From positions 9,502,422 through 9,566,421 of the forward strand of contig NC_092678.1 of the NCBI RefSeq assembly GCF_964355755.1: a stretch of DNA of 64,000 bases. Reading direction: 5' to 3'. The stretch is from Antedon mediterranea (Eukaryota > Animalia > Echinodermata). The notes under the pieces are model-generated. The model made no database searches. It had not been told where the DNA came from and saw nothing but the letters and a program-made list of their open reading frames with translations. Of the stretch, positions 38,171 through 50,500 are shown one piece after another. Positions within the stretch are counted from its first letter, which is position 1, and each line of letters opens with the position of its first letter. Made by a program: the position numbers and the translations under genes.

Positions 38171-41100
38171 ATGGCGTTATCAGATGAACGAGAACGCAAG
38201 TCCACTATCAAGGGACAAGAATATGCAACCGAAATGAAGTATAAAGCTCTTGGTATAGCCTGGAAGAACCTACAGAGGAGTTCGGAGGAGCTGAGAAACT
38301 ATATGAATGAGAATCCGCCAGTGACGGAAGCAAGATTACGATACACAAAGTGGATGACTTCTTATGAAGCATTCATCCTGGCTAATGACCAATATTGCAA
38401 CACACTTAATGAAGATGCCCTGCAAGATCATGACAATGATTGGTTTTGTGAAAAAACTGTTTATGCAGAAAATAGAAAGTCTGAAGCAGAAAAGTGGTTC
38501 TTGAGTAAGGAAGTAGTACAGCCTGTGGCAGGGAAGGCAAAGACATCCAAGTCTCGTAGTAGTATGAGATCTGTGGCTAGAAGACAGGAAGAGTTGAAGC
38601 GGTTAGAAGAATTGAAGAAGCAGAGTCGGATTCTGAAAGAAAAACAGGAAAGTGAGAAGAAAGTCAAACTGTTGGAAATCGAACTAGAGCAAGAGAAAGA
38701 GAGAAATGCTCTAGATAAGGAAATGGCAAGGTCAGAGGCCAGACAAGAGATGCTAGAAGAACTGGAAGCTGAAGAAATTTCTCTTAGTCAAGATTTGGAG
38801 GAAGAAGAAGCAAGCAGCTTGAGTGGGCCATCGTCAGGCGATGACCAGTCCTCCGTGAAGCAAACTGCAAGGATACCTTCAGTTGCAGTGTCACCCAAGG
38901 TTAACAAGGTCAAGCAACCCGCTGCTGAAAAACCAGAGAAAAGAGTTAACGACGCCATAGTAGAAATGAGGAAGCCCAAATTAGAAATAAAGAAGTTTAA
39001 TGGAAATTGTATGGACTTTAACAAATTCATGCGACAATTCAAAACACGAATAGAAAGTGGCTGCACCAACGATGACAGAATGGCATATTTAGAACAATTC
39101 ACTACAGGAGAGGCTCAACAAATTGTTATTGGATACTCCTACTTGGAAGCGGAAGTTGGTTATCCAGCTGCAATGAAAGAGTTGAAAAGACGTTACGGGG
39201 ATCCAGAGGTGATCGCAAACTCATATGTAAAAAGGCTGCTATCTTGGGCACCCATCAAGGCAAATGATCCAAAGGCCCTAGATGAGTTTTCGGTGTTCCT
39301 TATGGAATGTAAGGCTGCTACACTCTGCGTTGGGAGTCTAGGTGTGTTAGAGTTCTCTGAAAACATAAGGATGACCATGGAGAAGCTTCCGCAATACTTG
39401 CATGATCGTTGGAGAAATGTGGTGGAGGTTCACCGAAATCAACAAAGGCCCATACGCTTCAGTGACATTGTAGACTTTACACAGAAAGAAGCCAAAAAGC
39501 TTAATGATCCGGTTTATGGCAAAACCCCGGTATCTCGTGAGACCACAGAGCTACAAAAGAACAAACGCTCGAATACCACATTTAGCGTTCAGTCATCCGA
39601 CACAGCCAAACCCAAGATGTCGTGTCATTATTGTCAAGAGCAACACTGGCTGTCGCGTTGCCCTGGTTTTAAGGCTAAGTCTGTGGATGGCAGAAGGAAA
39701 TTCGTACGAGAAAAGAAGCTTTGTTGGAATTGTTTTAATAAGGGACACTTTGCATCGTCTTGTCCGAAACCAAGTTTTTGTAAGATGTGTGCAGAAAAGC
39801 ATTCGTCCTTCTTACATCCAGTCTCTCCTCCAAAGGGTGAGCATACCACAACACAGCCTGCTGAAAATCAAAAGGCAGCACCTCCTGAGACGCAAGCACA
39901 TTCGTTACCAGCCACGTCCACGTCATTGGCAGTTGCAGGCAGCTACCAAAGAATTGGCTTGTCAGTTGTACCAGTCCAGGTTAAGGCTGAGGGAGGAAAA
40001 TCTATAATTTCAACTTATGCTTTTCTAGACAATGGCTCGAATATTACATTTTGTACAGAAGCACTTGCGCAGAAGTTAGGTGTCAAGGGCAAAGGCGTTG
40101 ACCTTAACCTTATGACAATGGATGGTCAATCTGTCACTAAATCGACAACAATATCTCTATCAGTGGCAAATCTAGATGGATCAAGTCAAGTAAAAATTCC
40201 AAGAGTATATACCAGACAATCCATACCAGTGTCAACAAACACTATTGCAAGTCAGGCAGAAGTTGATAGGTGGCCTCACCTGCAAGGAATATATATTCCG
40301 TCTATCACTGCAGAAATAGAGTTATTAATTGGTCAAGATGTACCGGAGGTACACCAACCTTATGAAGTGCGAGCCATGCAAAATGGCGGTCCATATGCCA
40401 CTCGAACTCTGTTTGGCTGGGTGGTAAATGGCCCTTTGAGTTCTTGGCAAGAAAACAAGATATGCGGCTTCGTTGGGAATCTAGACGAGCAGTTCAGAAA
40501 ATTCTGCAGCATCGAGTTCAATGACCTCGAATCAGATCAGGTGACAATGTCACAGAGTGACATACAGGCATTAACAAGTATGGAGGAATCTGTGACATAC
40601 AAGGATGGACATTACCATGTTGCTATGCCTTGGAAGGCTCCCCCATCAACATTACCAAACAATCGTGTATTGGCCGAACGCCGACTCAAAACGTTGCAGG
40701 CTCGCCTTGAAAGGAGTAATGACACCCACAGCAAGTACACAGAATTTATGGAAACGTTAGTGGACAAGGGATATTCCAGGAAGGTTTCGGAGGTCATCGA
40801 TGGATCAATTCCAAAATGGTATCTTCCGCACCACCCAGTTTTACACCCGCAGAAACCGGGAAAGCTAAGGGTTGTGTTCGACTGCTCTGCCAAGTTTCAC
40901 GGAGTATGCCTAAATGACAAGTTAAACCAGGGACCAGACCTTACCAATTCATTAGTTGGAGTTTTAATGAGATTCCGTAGCTCTCCAGTTGCCTTTTGTG
41001 CCGATATTGAGAAAATGTTTTACCAGGTCAAGGTAAAGGAACAGGACTCAGACTTTCTCCGCTACTTGTGGTGGGAAATGGGAGATCTGAAGAAGGCACC

Positions 41101-43828
41101 ACAGGAATACCAGATGCTAGTGCACCTGTTTGGTGGCCGATCATCTCCGAGTTGCGCCAACTTTGCGTTGAAGAAAACGATAAAGGACCATGGAAAGGAC
41201 TACGATCCAATAATCACGCAGATAGCAGATAGGCATTTTTATGTTGACGATCTTCTATATGCGACAGACGACGAACAGTGTGCTATTGATATAGCCATTC
41301 AAGTAAAACAGTTGCTGGCAAGAGGAGGCTTTAACCTCACGAAATGGGTTTCAAACTCGAGAAAACTAGTGAGCACGCTGAGAGATAAGGGAGATTCAAA
41401 CTCAGTTTCTTTATGTGGTGGAAACCAGCAACGTGCCTTGGGTGTTCGCTGGTTTGTCAGTGAAGATAGCTTGGGATATACCATATCTCCAACAACAAAG
41501 CCTGCGACTCGAAGGGGTATACTGTCAGTTGTTTCGTCTGTATTTGACCCGTTAGGGCTGGTATCACCGTTTATCCTCAAGGCAAAGTTATTAATGCAGG
41601 AGCTCTGTCGACTTGGTTATGATTGGGATTCAACAATCTCAATTGAATATGAGACTAGATGGCAACAGTGGCTTTTTGATCTGAAGAAGTTGGAGACTAT
41701 TCGAATTCGACGATGCTACAAATCTGCAGAGTTTGGGACCGTAGTGCGTCGTGAACTGCATAGCTTTGGAGATGCATCATCCACAAGTTACGGAGCAGCA
41801 TCATATCTCTACCAGAAGGATGAATCTGGAAACGTAAACCGCACCCTTGTTGCAGCAAAGTCCAGATTGGCTCCTCTTAAAGCTCAAACAATTCCCAGAC
41901 TGGAGTTGCAGGCTGCACTGTTAGCAGCACGCTTGGACACAATGATAAGAGAAGAGCTTAAGGAAATTAAAATTGACCAGTCCGTGTGTTGGACCGACAG
42001 CACGTGTGTGCTCAGATATCTGAGCAACGATGAAACCAGGTTCAAAACATACGTGGGAAATCGAGTTTCGGCAATCCTTAGTAGGACAAACAAGGACCAA
42101 TGGAGGTTTGTGAATTCAGCTGAAAATCCGGCCGACCTAGCTTCCCGTGGGATGACGGCAGAGGAAATGATGACGAGTGAAATGTGGTATTGCGGTCCAA
42201 AATTCCTCACACAAAATGATTCCAAGTGGCCAGAGATGCCAGACGATCTCGCCCTCAGAATGAATGACCCCGAAGTGAAGGGCGTAACAGCGTTAGTTGT
42301 GGCCGAAATCAACACCACTCTGGATGAAATAACTTCACAGTTTTCAAGTTGGAAGACACTGTCAAGAGTTACTGGCTGGGTGCTACGATTCACGAATAAC
42401 TTAAAGAATGTTAAACACAAGAAAACGACAGTACAGAAGAGGACAAGCAATCAAGTTGTGGAACCTCTCTCAGTGGATGAACTGAAGGAAGCAGAACTGG
42501 TACTCATCAGACGTGCCCAGAAGCGTTCGTATCCTGAGGAATTCAGAAGCTTAGAGACAGGCAAGACAATAAAGTCAACTAGTCCACTAATTAGGTTGGA
42601 CCCGAAATTAGAAAATGGTGTATTGAAGGTTGGAGGTCGACTGAGTATGGCCGATGTTAGTGGAGATCTGAAACATCAGATTATACTACCAAGGTCCAGT
42701 GATCTGACTATACTCATCTTAAGACACTACCACAACTGTACTGGGCACTCGGGCGTCAATCATGTCCTATCTGAGCTGAGGCAAATCTACTGGCCAGTAG
42801 GAGGACGAACAATGATCAAAGGGATCAGTAGGAAATGCGTTCAATGCAGAAGAAGAAATGCTCCAACAGCACATCAAAAAATGGCTGATCTGCCAGCCGA
42901 GAGAGTTACACCAGCGCACCCGCCTTTTACCTTTGTGGGGATTGATTGCTTTGGACCATTTAAGGTTAAAAATGCTAGATCAGTGCTGAAAAGATATGGA
43001 GTGATTTTTACCTGCTTATCAATCAGAGCAGTGCATCTGGAGGTCGCGTCATCATTGGACACAAACTCATTCTTAAATGCTTATCGACGTTTCGTTGCTA
43101 GGAGAGGCGTACCAAAGCATATCCGGTCTGACAATGGAGGAAATTTTATTATGGGGCAAAAGGAGCTTCGATCGGCCATTAATGATTGGAATCAAGGACA
43201 GATACACCAATACCTCTCGCAGAATCACGTGGAATGGAAATTCAATCCTCCGGCAGCTTCCCATCAAGGTGGGGTTTGGGAAAGATGCATTCGCACAGTA
43301 CGCAAGGTGCTCAGCTCGCTGATGGAAGAACAAACAATCAACGATGAAACATTGCAGATGCTGTTCTGTGAAGTCGAAACGATAGTGAATGGGAGACCAA
43401 TAACAAAGGTGTCAGATGATCCAAAAGACAATGAGGCATTAACACCGAATCATCTTTTACTATTGCGAGCAGGTCCCAGCCTTCCACCAGGACGATTTGT
43501 TGCAGACGATTGCTACGTGAGAAGGCGCTGGCGCCAAACTCAGTATCTCGCAGATGTTTTCTGGCGTCGCTGGCTCCGGGAATATTTGCCTGCACTTCAA
43601 GAGCGACAGAAATGGTGTAAAAAACAGCAGAATGTTGCGATTGGCGACATTGTTTTGGTTCATGACCCATCGGGTCCACGATGCTCGTGGCCGCTTGCTC
43701 AAGTGATAGAGGTGCTCCAGAATGATTCAGATGGAATGGTGCGTTCTGTGAGATTGAAAACGTCGGTTGGAACTCTAGTAAGACCAATCACTAAGATCAT
43801 ACTTCTAGAAGTCAACGGAAATGATTAG
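38171..43828 (+). CDS. BEL/Pao Gag-Pol polyprotein
   Basis: Gag with three Cys/His knuckles (CHYCQEQH..C, CWNCFNKGH..C, CKMCAEKH..LH), protease FLDNGS, RT (LRVVFDCS, DIEKMF, YVDD), Pao RNase H (FGDAS), integrase (HHCC; GIDCFG, SDNGGNF, WER) and C-terminal FWRRWLREY...RPITKI. Confidence 0.97.
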   Translation: MALSDERERKSTIKGQEYATEMKYKALGIAWKNLQRSSEELRNYMNENPPVTEARLRYTKWMTSYEAFILANDQYCNTLNEDALQDHDNDWFCEKTVYAENRKSEAEKWFLSKEVVQPVAGKAKTSKSRSSMRSVARRQEELKRLEELKKQSRILKEKQESEKKVKLLEIELEQEKERNALDKEMARSEARQEMLEELEAEEISLSQDLEEEEASSLSGPSSGDDQSSVKQTARIPSVAVSPKVNKVKQPAAEKPEKRVNDAIVEMRKPKLEIKKFNGNCMDFNKFMRQFKTRIESGCTNDDRMAYLEQFTTGEAQQIVIGYSYLEAEVGYPAAMKELKRRYGDPEVIANSYVKRLLSWAPIKANDPKALDEFSVFLMECKAATLCVGSLGVLEFSENIRMTMEKLPQYLHDRWRNVVEVHRNQQRPIRFSDIVDFTQKEAKKLNDPVYGKTPVSRETTELQKNKRSNTTFSVQSSDTAKPKMSCHYCQEQHWLSRCPGFKAKSVDGRRKFVREKKLCWNCFNKGHFASSCPKPSFCKMCAEKHSSFLHPVSPPKGEHTTTQPAENQKAAPPETQAHSLPATSTSLAVAGSYQRIGLSVVPVQVKAEGGKSIISTYAFLDNGSNITFCTEALAQKLGVKGKGVDLNLMTMDGQSVTKSTTISLSVANLDGSSQVKIPRVYTRQSIPVSTNTIASQAEVDRWPHLQGIYIPSITAEIELLIGQDVPEVHQPYEVRAMQNGGPYATRTLFGWVVNGPLSSWQENKICGFVGNLDEQFRKFCSIEFNDLESDQVTMSQSDIQALTSMEESVTYKDGHYHVAMPWKAPPSTLPNNRVLAERRLKTLQARLERSNDTHSKYTEFMETLVDKGYSRKVSEVIDGSIPKWYLPHHPVLHPQKPGKLRVVFDCSAKFHGVCLNDKLNQGPDLTNSLVGVLMRFRSSPVAFCADIEKMFYQVKVKEQDSDFLRYLWWEMGDLKKAPQEYQMLVHLFGGRSSPSCANFALKKTIKDHGKDYDPIITQIADRHFYVDDLLYATDDEQCAIDIAIQVKQLLARGGFNLTKWVSNSRKLVSTLRDKGDSNSVSLCGGNQQRALGVRWFVSEDSLGYTISPTTKPATRRGILSVVSSVFDPLGLVSPFILKAKLLMQELCRLGYDWDSTISIEYETRWQQWLFDLKKLETIRIRRCYKSAEFGTVVRRELHSFGDASSTSYGAASYLYQKDESGNVNRTLVAAKSRLAPLKAQTIPRLELQAALLAARLDTMIREELKEIKIDQSVCWTDSTCVLRYLSNDETRFKTYVGNRVSAILSRTNKDQWRFVNSAENPADLASRGMTAEEMMTSEMWYCGPKFLTQNDSKWPEMPDDLALRMNDPEVKGVTALVVAEINTTLDEITSQFSSWKTLSRVTGWVLRFTNNLKNVKHKKTTVQKRTSNQVVEPLSVDELKEAELVLIRRAQKRSYPEEFRSLETGKTIKSTSPLIRLDPKLENGVLKVGGRLSMADVSGDLKHQIILPRSSDLTILILRHYHNCTGHSGVNHVLSELRQIYWPVGGRTMIKGISRKCVQCRRRNAPTAHQKMADLPAERVTPAHPPFTFVGIDCFGPFKVKNARSVLKRYGVIFTCLSIRAVHLEVASSLDTNSFLNAYRRFVARRGVPKHIRSDNGGNFIMGQKELRSAINDWNQGQIHQYLSQNHVEWKFNPPAASHQGGVWERCIRTVRKVLSSLMEEQTINDETLQMLFCEVETIVNGRPITKVSDDPKDNEALTPNHLLLLRAGPSLPPGRFVADDCYVRRRWRQTQYLADVFWRRWLREYLPALQERQKWCKKQQNVAIGDIVLVHDPSGPRCSWPLAQVIEVLQNDSDGMVRSVRLKTSVGTLVRPITKIILLEVNGND

Positions 43829-43967
43829 ACATGCACATTGTGCGATGTTTGCCAGTGATATATTTGGATTTGGCTTATGTGAACTTTATAAGAGACTTAT
43901 TACCTTTATTGTTTGTCGTTACCCGTAACATATGTATATATAGTAAAGGCTCGATTTAATCGCCTTT

Positions 43968-43979
43968 AAGGGGCCGGGA
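43968..43979 (+). promoter_or_regulatory. Polypurine tract
   Basis: AAGGGGCCGGGA immediately 5' of the 3' LTR. Confidence 0.7.
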
Positions 43980-44320
43980 TGTTACGGCTCATTTTTAGTT
44001 TAGCGCCCTCTATAATTAAAGGTTGTCTAATATGTCCGCTCACAAAGATAATGTGTTCTATGCGTAGGTCTATCTAGAAGAGACACAAACTTGAAACCAT
44101 CATCATCATCATCATTATCATCGTCAGTAAAGTCAGTCTTTATTCAATAGCTGATCATCATCAGCGTCATTATCGTGATCTTCATCACATCGGCAAGTTG
44201 CCATGGCCATCGCCATTGAGAGTTGAATAAAGTGTTTAAATTGATGCGTTACAAGTTGTCTGAGATTGTTTATTTGATTGTTCAAGTGAAAACCTACGCC
44301 CAACAGTAGAGGCTGTTACA
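43980..44320 (+). repeat. 3' LTR
   Basis: Direct repeat of 37804-38144. Confidence 0.95.
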
Positions 44321-44480
44321 CTCCCTACCATCCACAAACCGAGGAATTAGTGGAAAGCTTTAATGGCACCCTTAAGTGTATGGTTTGTTCAGGATGATCC
44401 CCGGGAATGGAATAAATTGCTTCCGTACCTATTATTTGCTTATAGGTAGATACCGCAGGAGTCTACTGGGTTCTCCCCAC
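44321..44480 (+). pseudogene. Gypsy integrase fragment, split by the BEL insertion (begins ~37787)
   Basis: Joined across the TSD it reads STTSPYHPQTEELVESFNGTLK / FVQDDPREWNKLLPYLLFAYR*IPQESTGFSP. Confidence 0.85.
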
Positions 44481-45520
44481 ATGATACGTCCACCTAGGGA
44501 TAGTATGACTGATAACCACATCATGGAGGAAATAAAGTTCATCAGTTTTTATATGAGAAAACAAATTTGTTATCCTTACTCTGTAGAGATAGTCAACTGA
44601 AGGCAAACAGACACAAGTGATTCTGCTAACTTTTCTAATCAGACGATCTATTAATTCTTTATCTTTGTTAAAAGCAATTTCTCCCCATCCCGTTAAGCAA
44701 TAACTCCAAACCCCACAAACAACTGACGTATAAAAGATATTGATGGTTTTGTTACTCACATTAAAAGCATTTACATACGAGTATTTAATTTCTTACTAAT
44801 ATATTCTAAATATTCAGAAAAATTTAATCTATCTCTACATGATTACCATCAATAATGAATGAATAATATCAGTAGATGCCCTAAATTTATTACGAAAATC
44901 TATTACCATTTCTTTGGTCTTAGAATAGCAGTATTAAGTTTAAGATGGTTTTTATTACAAAAACCTTACAAACCGGTCAATTTCAGCTTTATAATAACCA
45001 TAGTTGTCATGTTTGACCCAGGATGGCTGTGTCATCAGCTAATTTGATAACAGGACAATCTGGGTGATCGGACTTAAAGTCTGAAGTGAACACAGTGAAT
45101 AGGAAAGGGGCTAAAACTGTGCCCTGTGGGGAACCTGTGTTACTAAACAATAATTTCATATTTAACTTCGCTGTTCAGTTTAATATATTGATATCTATGT
45201 GTCAACAAAATTAAGTACAAGGCCATTCAACTTATTAGGTACGTTGGCATTTATCAAATTATTTGTCAACAGATGAAGGCCGATGATAGATCAAAATACA
45301 TTATTCTGACACTGTGTTGGTGTTTGTACCCTCTAAATGAGAATAATGTATAACGTTCGTGTAATATTGATCCATTGCGATTGATTATTGCGATTAAAAT
45401 CATCATTTATTATAATATAAGCATCAGCGTATTTGGCTTCAATATCTAAGATAACATCATTTATTTCACAAAGGACCTCTTTTCCAAGATTAGTGTGCGG
45501 AATGTAGATGGAAATGTTCA
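44481..45520 (-). pseudogene. Degenerate LINE (Rex1/Babar/L2-like) endonuclease-RT remnant
   Basis: IYIPH...INDDFN (APE endonuclease-like), NTGSPQGTVLAPFLFTVFTSD, ADDTAILG and FYTSVVCGVWSYCLTGWG. Many frameshifts and deletions. Confidence 0.8.
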
Positions 45521-45524
45521 TAAT

Positions 45525-45840
45525 AACTGAAAATTCGCATGGAAAAACTACTGTAATAAAGCATGACGTACACCCAGTTAGACAAAAAGCTTATCCAATT
45601 CATCAGGCTAAGTTAGGCAAAGTAAAAGAAGAGTCTCACTGTCCAAAACGGGACGGTACAGCTCGCTTTAACATGAATTACAAAAAAATGCATATCCAAT
45701 GCCACGGATAAATGAAATAATAGGCAGGGTTGGTACTACTAAATTTATAACGAAATTAGATTGATGTAGAAGGTTCCTAACTGAACGGTCAAAACCATAT
45801 ACAGCTTTTTCAACACCAATGGTTTTGTAACAATTTAAGT
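45525..45840 (+). pseudogene. Gypsy reverse transcriptase fragment
   Basis: GKTTVIKHD..PVRQKAYPI..PKRDGTARF..YKKM, YPMPRINEIIGRVGTTKFITKLD and SKPYTAFSTP, with stops and frameshifts. Confidence 0.8.
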
Positions 45841-45869
45841 GTTAGGCCAAGAGTCTGGACATACCCTAA

Positions 45870-47020
45870 ATAACCACAGTACATATGTTGTTTAAATCAG
45901 TTCAACAATTCTGATTAAACCATGACACATGTTTTGTTTAAATCAGGTCAGCAATTACTGATTAAACTATGACACATGTTTTGTTTAAATCAACTAAGCA
46001 ACTAATGTCTAAAAAACCACACATGATTTGTTTAAACATGGAGTAAATATAACTCTATGGTTTAAATCAGTTCAACAATTACTGATTAAACCAGGACACA
46101 TGTTTTGTTTAAATCAACTAAGCAAACTGATTAAACCACCACACATGTTTTGTTTAAATCAGGTCAACAATTACTGATTAAACCATGACATATGTTTTGT
46201 TTAAATCAGGTCAACAATTACTTATCCATGACACATGTTTTGTTTAAATCAACTAAGCAACTAATGTCTAAAAAACCACACATGTTTTGTTTAAACATGG
46301 AGTAAATATAACTCTATGGTTTAAATCAGTTCAACAATTACTGATTAAACCAGGACACATGTTTTGTTTAAATCAACTAAGCAAACTGATTAAACCACCA
46401 CACATGTTTTGTTTAAATCAGGTCAACAATTACTGATTAAACCATGACATATGTTTTGTTTAAATCAGGTCAACAATTACTTATCCATGACACATGTTTT
46501 GTTTAAATCAACTAAGCAACTAATGTCTAAAAAACCACACATGTTTTGTTTAAACATGGAGTAAATATAACTCCATGGTTTAAATCAGTTCAACAATTAC
46601 TGATTAAACCATGACACATGTTTTGTTTAAATCAACTAAGCAAACTGATTAAACCACAACACATGTTTTGTTTAAATCAGGTCAACAATTAATGATTAAA
46701 CCATGACATATGTTTTGTTTAAATCAGGTCAACAATTACTGATTAAACCATGACACATGTTTTGTTTAAATCAGTTCAACACTTACTTATTAAACCATGA
46801 CACATGTTTTGTTTAAATCAACTAAGCAACTAATGTCTAAAAAACCACACATGTTTTGTTTAAACATGGAGTAAATATAACTCCATGGTTTAAATCAGTT
46901 ATACAATTACTGATTAAATCATGACACATGTTTTGTTTAAATCAACTAAGCAACTAATATCTAAAAAACCACACACGTTTTGTTTAAACATGGAGTAAAT
47001 ATAACTCCATGGTTTAAATG
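45870..47020. repeat. ~44-bp satellite (ACATGTTTTGTTTAAATCA...) with ~259-bp higher-order repeat
   Basis: ACTAATGTCTAAAAAACC recurs at ~46001, 46260, 46519 and 46829. Related units lie at 37660-37760. Confidence 0.9.
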
Positions 47021-47029
47021 GTGATTTGT

Positions 47030-47540
47030 TTATGAAAAGTAAAAAACAAAAAGTAATACTACTAAAACATGGGGGAATTATAAATAGTATTCTTAAAGGC
47101 AAAAGTCAGACTGTTCATGAAATTATTCCAGATAAACTTAAAGAATCATTAAATGATGTTAATATTGAATGTAATTCCAATGAACAAAAAGCCGACTTGT
47201 TTAATGATTATTTTGTAAATATCGGCAGAAATTAGCAAGCAAGATTGATTGTTCTCAAAAAAGTTCCAATGATTATTTGAAAAATTCAATTAGTTCCTCT
47301 TTTATTTTGGAAACCTGTTTTAGAATTTAAAGAATTATTAAGAAATATAGATATAAAAAAGTCCACTTGACATGACCAGTTATCTGCTAGATTAATTAAG
47401 GATTCATCTATTGTTATTGCAAAGCCATTAAAATATATTATTAACTTATAACTTGTCACAGGTGTTTTTCATGATGACTTGAAGGTGGCACAAGTGACTC
47501 CAATTTTTAAAAAGGGTTATAAGGATATCCTTGGAAATTA
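47030..47540 (+). pseudogene. CR1/L2-group LINE ORF2 fragment
   Basis: TWGIINSIL..KADLFNDYFVNIG..KST*HDQLSARLIK..IAKPLKYIINL..GVFHDDLKVAQVTPIFKKG..GNY, truncated by the satellite. Confidence 0.85.
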
Positions 47541-50500
47541 TCTAAACTGTTACTGACTACATTTTGACTATACAGTCCATTGATTATTCTACTATGTATT
47601 TGCAGTTTAAATTCTCTAAACTGTTACTGAATAATCAACTGTCTTTTGACTAGACAATTCACTTATTATTCTACTATGTATTTGCAGTTTAAATTCTCTA
47701 AACTGTTACTGACTAATCAACTACTTTTGACTAGACAATTCACTGATTATTCTACTATGTATTTGCAGTTTAAATTATCTAAACTGTTACTGAATAATCA
47801 ACTGTCTTTTGACTAAACAATTCACTGATTATTCTACTATGTATTTACAGTTTAAATTCTCTAAACTGTTACTGAATAATCAACTGTCTTTTGACTAAAC
47901 AATTCACTGATTATTCTACTATGTATTTACAGTTTAAATTCTCTAAACTGTTACTGAATAATAAACGGTCTTTTGACTAAACAATTCACTGATTATTCTA
48001 CTATGTATTTACAGTTTAAATTCTCTAAACTGTTACTGATTAATCAACTACATTTTGACTAGACAATTCACTGATTATTCTACTATGTATTTGGATTTTA
48101 AATTCTCTAAACTGTTACTGACTAATCAACTGTCTTTTGACTAAACAATTCACTGATTATTCTACTATGTATTTGCAGTTTAAATTCTCTAAACTGTTAC
48201 TGAATAATCAACTGTCTTTTGACTAAACAATTCACTGATTATTCTACTATGTATTTGAAGTTTAAATTATCTAAACTGTTACTGACTAATCAACTACTTT
48301 TGACTAGACAATTCACTGATTATTCTACTATGTATTTGCAGTTTAAATTCTCTAAACTGTTACTGACTAATCAACTACATTTCGACTAGACAATTCACTG
48401 ATTATTCTACTATGTATTTGCAGTTTAAATTCTCTAAACTGTTACTGAATAATAAACGGTCTTTTGACTAAACAATTCACTGATTATTCTACTATGTATT
48501 TGCAGTTTAAATTATCTAAACTGTTACTGAATAATCAACTACATTTTGACTAGACAATTCACTGATTATTCTACTATGTATTTGCAGTTTAAATTCTCTA
48601 AACTGTTACTGACTAATCAACTACATTTTGACTAGACAATTCACTGATTATTCTACTATGTATTTGCAGTTTAAATTCTCTAAACTGTTACTGAATAATC
48701 AACTGTATTTTGACTAGACAATTCATTGATTATTCTACTATTTACACATAGTTTAAATTCTCTAAACTGTTACTGAATAATCAACTGTATTTTGACTAAA
48801 CAATTCATTGATTATTCTACTATTTACACACAGTTTAAATTCTCTAAACTGTTACTGACTAATCAACTGTCTTTTGACTAAACAATTCACTGATTATTCT
48901 ACTATGTATTTGCAGTTTAAATTATCTAAACTGTTACTGAATAATAAACGGTCTTTTGACTAGACAATTCACTGATTATTCTACTATTTACACACAGTTT
49001 AAATTCCCTAAACTGTTACTGACTAATAAACTGTCTTTTGACTAAACAATTCACTGATTATTCTACTATGTATTTGCAGTTTAAATTATCTAAACTGTTA
49101 CTGAATAATAAACGGTCTTTTGACTAGACAATTCACTGATTATTCTACTATTTACACACAGTTTAAATTCCCTAAACTGTTACTGACTAATCAACTGTCT
49201 TTTGACTAAACAATTCACTGATTATTCTACTATGTATTTGCAGTTTAAATTATCTAAACTGTTACTGAATAATAAACGGTCTTTTGACTAGACAATTCAC
49301 TGATTATTCTACTATTTACACACAGTTTAAATTCCCTAAACTGTTACTGACTAATCAACTGTCTTTTGACTAAACAATTCACTGATTATTCTACTATGTA
49401 TTTGCAGTTTAAATTATCTAAACTGTTACTGAATAATCAACTGTATTTTGACTAAACAATTCACTGATTATTCTACTATGTATTTGCAGTTTAAATTCTA
49501 TAAACTGTTACTGAATAATAAACGGTCTTTTGACTAAACAATTCACTGATTATTCTACTATGTATTTACAGTTTAAATTCTCTAAACTGTTACTGAATAA
49601 TCAACTGTCTTTTGACTAGACAATTCACTGATTATTCTACTATTTACACACAGTTTAAATTCCCTAAACTGTTACTGACTAATCAACTGTCTTTTGACTA
49701 GACAATTCACTGATTATTCTACTATGTATTTGCAGTTTAAATTATCTAAACTGTTACTGACTAATCAACTACATTTTGACCAGACAATTCACTGATTATT
49801 CTACTATGTATTTGCAGTTTAAATTATCTAAACTGTTACTGAATAATCAACTGTCTTTTGACTAGACAATTCACTGATTATTCTATGTGTTTGCAGTTTA
49901 AATTCTCTAAACTGTTACTGAATAATCAACTGTCTTTTGACTAAAAAATTCACTGATTATTCTACTATGTATTTGCAGTTTAAATTCTCTAAACTGTTAC
50001 TGAATAATCAACTGTCTTTTGACTAAAAAATTCACTGATTATTCTACTATGTATTTGCAGTTTAAATTCTCTAAACTGTTACTGAATAATCAACTGTCTT
50101 TTGACTAAAAAATTCACTGATTATTCTACTATGTATTTGCAGTTTAAATTCTCTAAACTGTTACTGAATAATCAACTGTATTTTGACTAGACAATTCATT
50201 GATTATTCTACTATTTACACATAGTTTAAATTCTCTAAACTGTTACTGAATAATCAACTGTATTTTGACTAAACAATTCATTGATTATTCTACTATTTAC
50301 ACACAGTTTAAATTCTCTAAACTGTTACTGACTAATCAACTGTCTTTTGACTAAACAATTCACTGATTATTCTACTATGTATTTGCAGTTTAAATTATCT
50401 AAACTGTTACTGAATAATAAACGGTCTTTTGACTAGACAATTCACTGATTATTCTACTATTTACACACAGTTTAAATTCCCTAAACTGTTACTGACTAAT

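Larger units (their letters stand above)
37804..44320 (+). mobile_element. Full-length BEL/Pao LTR retrotransposon, very recent insertion
   Basis: 341-bp TG...CA LTRs, a 5-bp TSD CTCCC (37799-37803, 44321-44325), an intact 1885-aa ORF and a PPT before the 3' LTR. Confidence 0.97.
37763..45866. mobile_element. Non-autonomous TIR element, PIF/Harbinger-like (TAA TSD), carrying retroelement debris and a nested BEL
   Basis: Left end GGGTATGTTCAGACTCTTGACGTAA vs right-end reverse complement GGGTATGTCCAGACTCTTGGCCTAA (22/25). TAA at 37760-37762 and 45867-45869. It interrupts a unit of the ~44-bp satellite. Confidence 0.7.

Noticed and set aside
38461-43787. Small overlapping and antisense ORFs within the BEL ORF
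   Set aside because: They are expected shadows of a long coding sequence and show no motifs.
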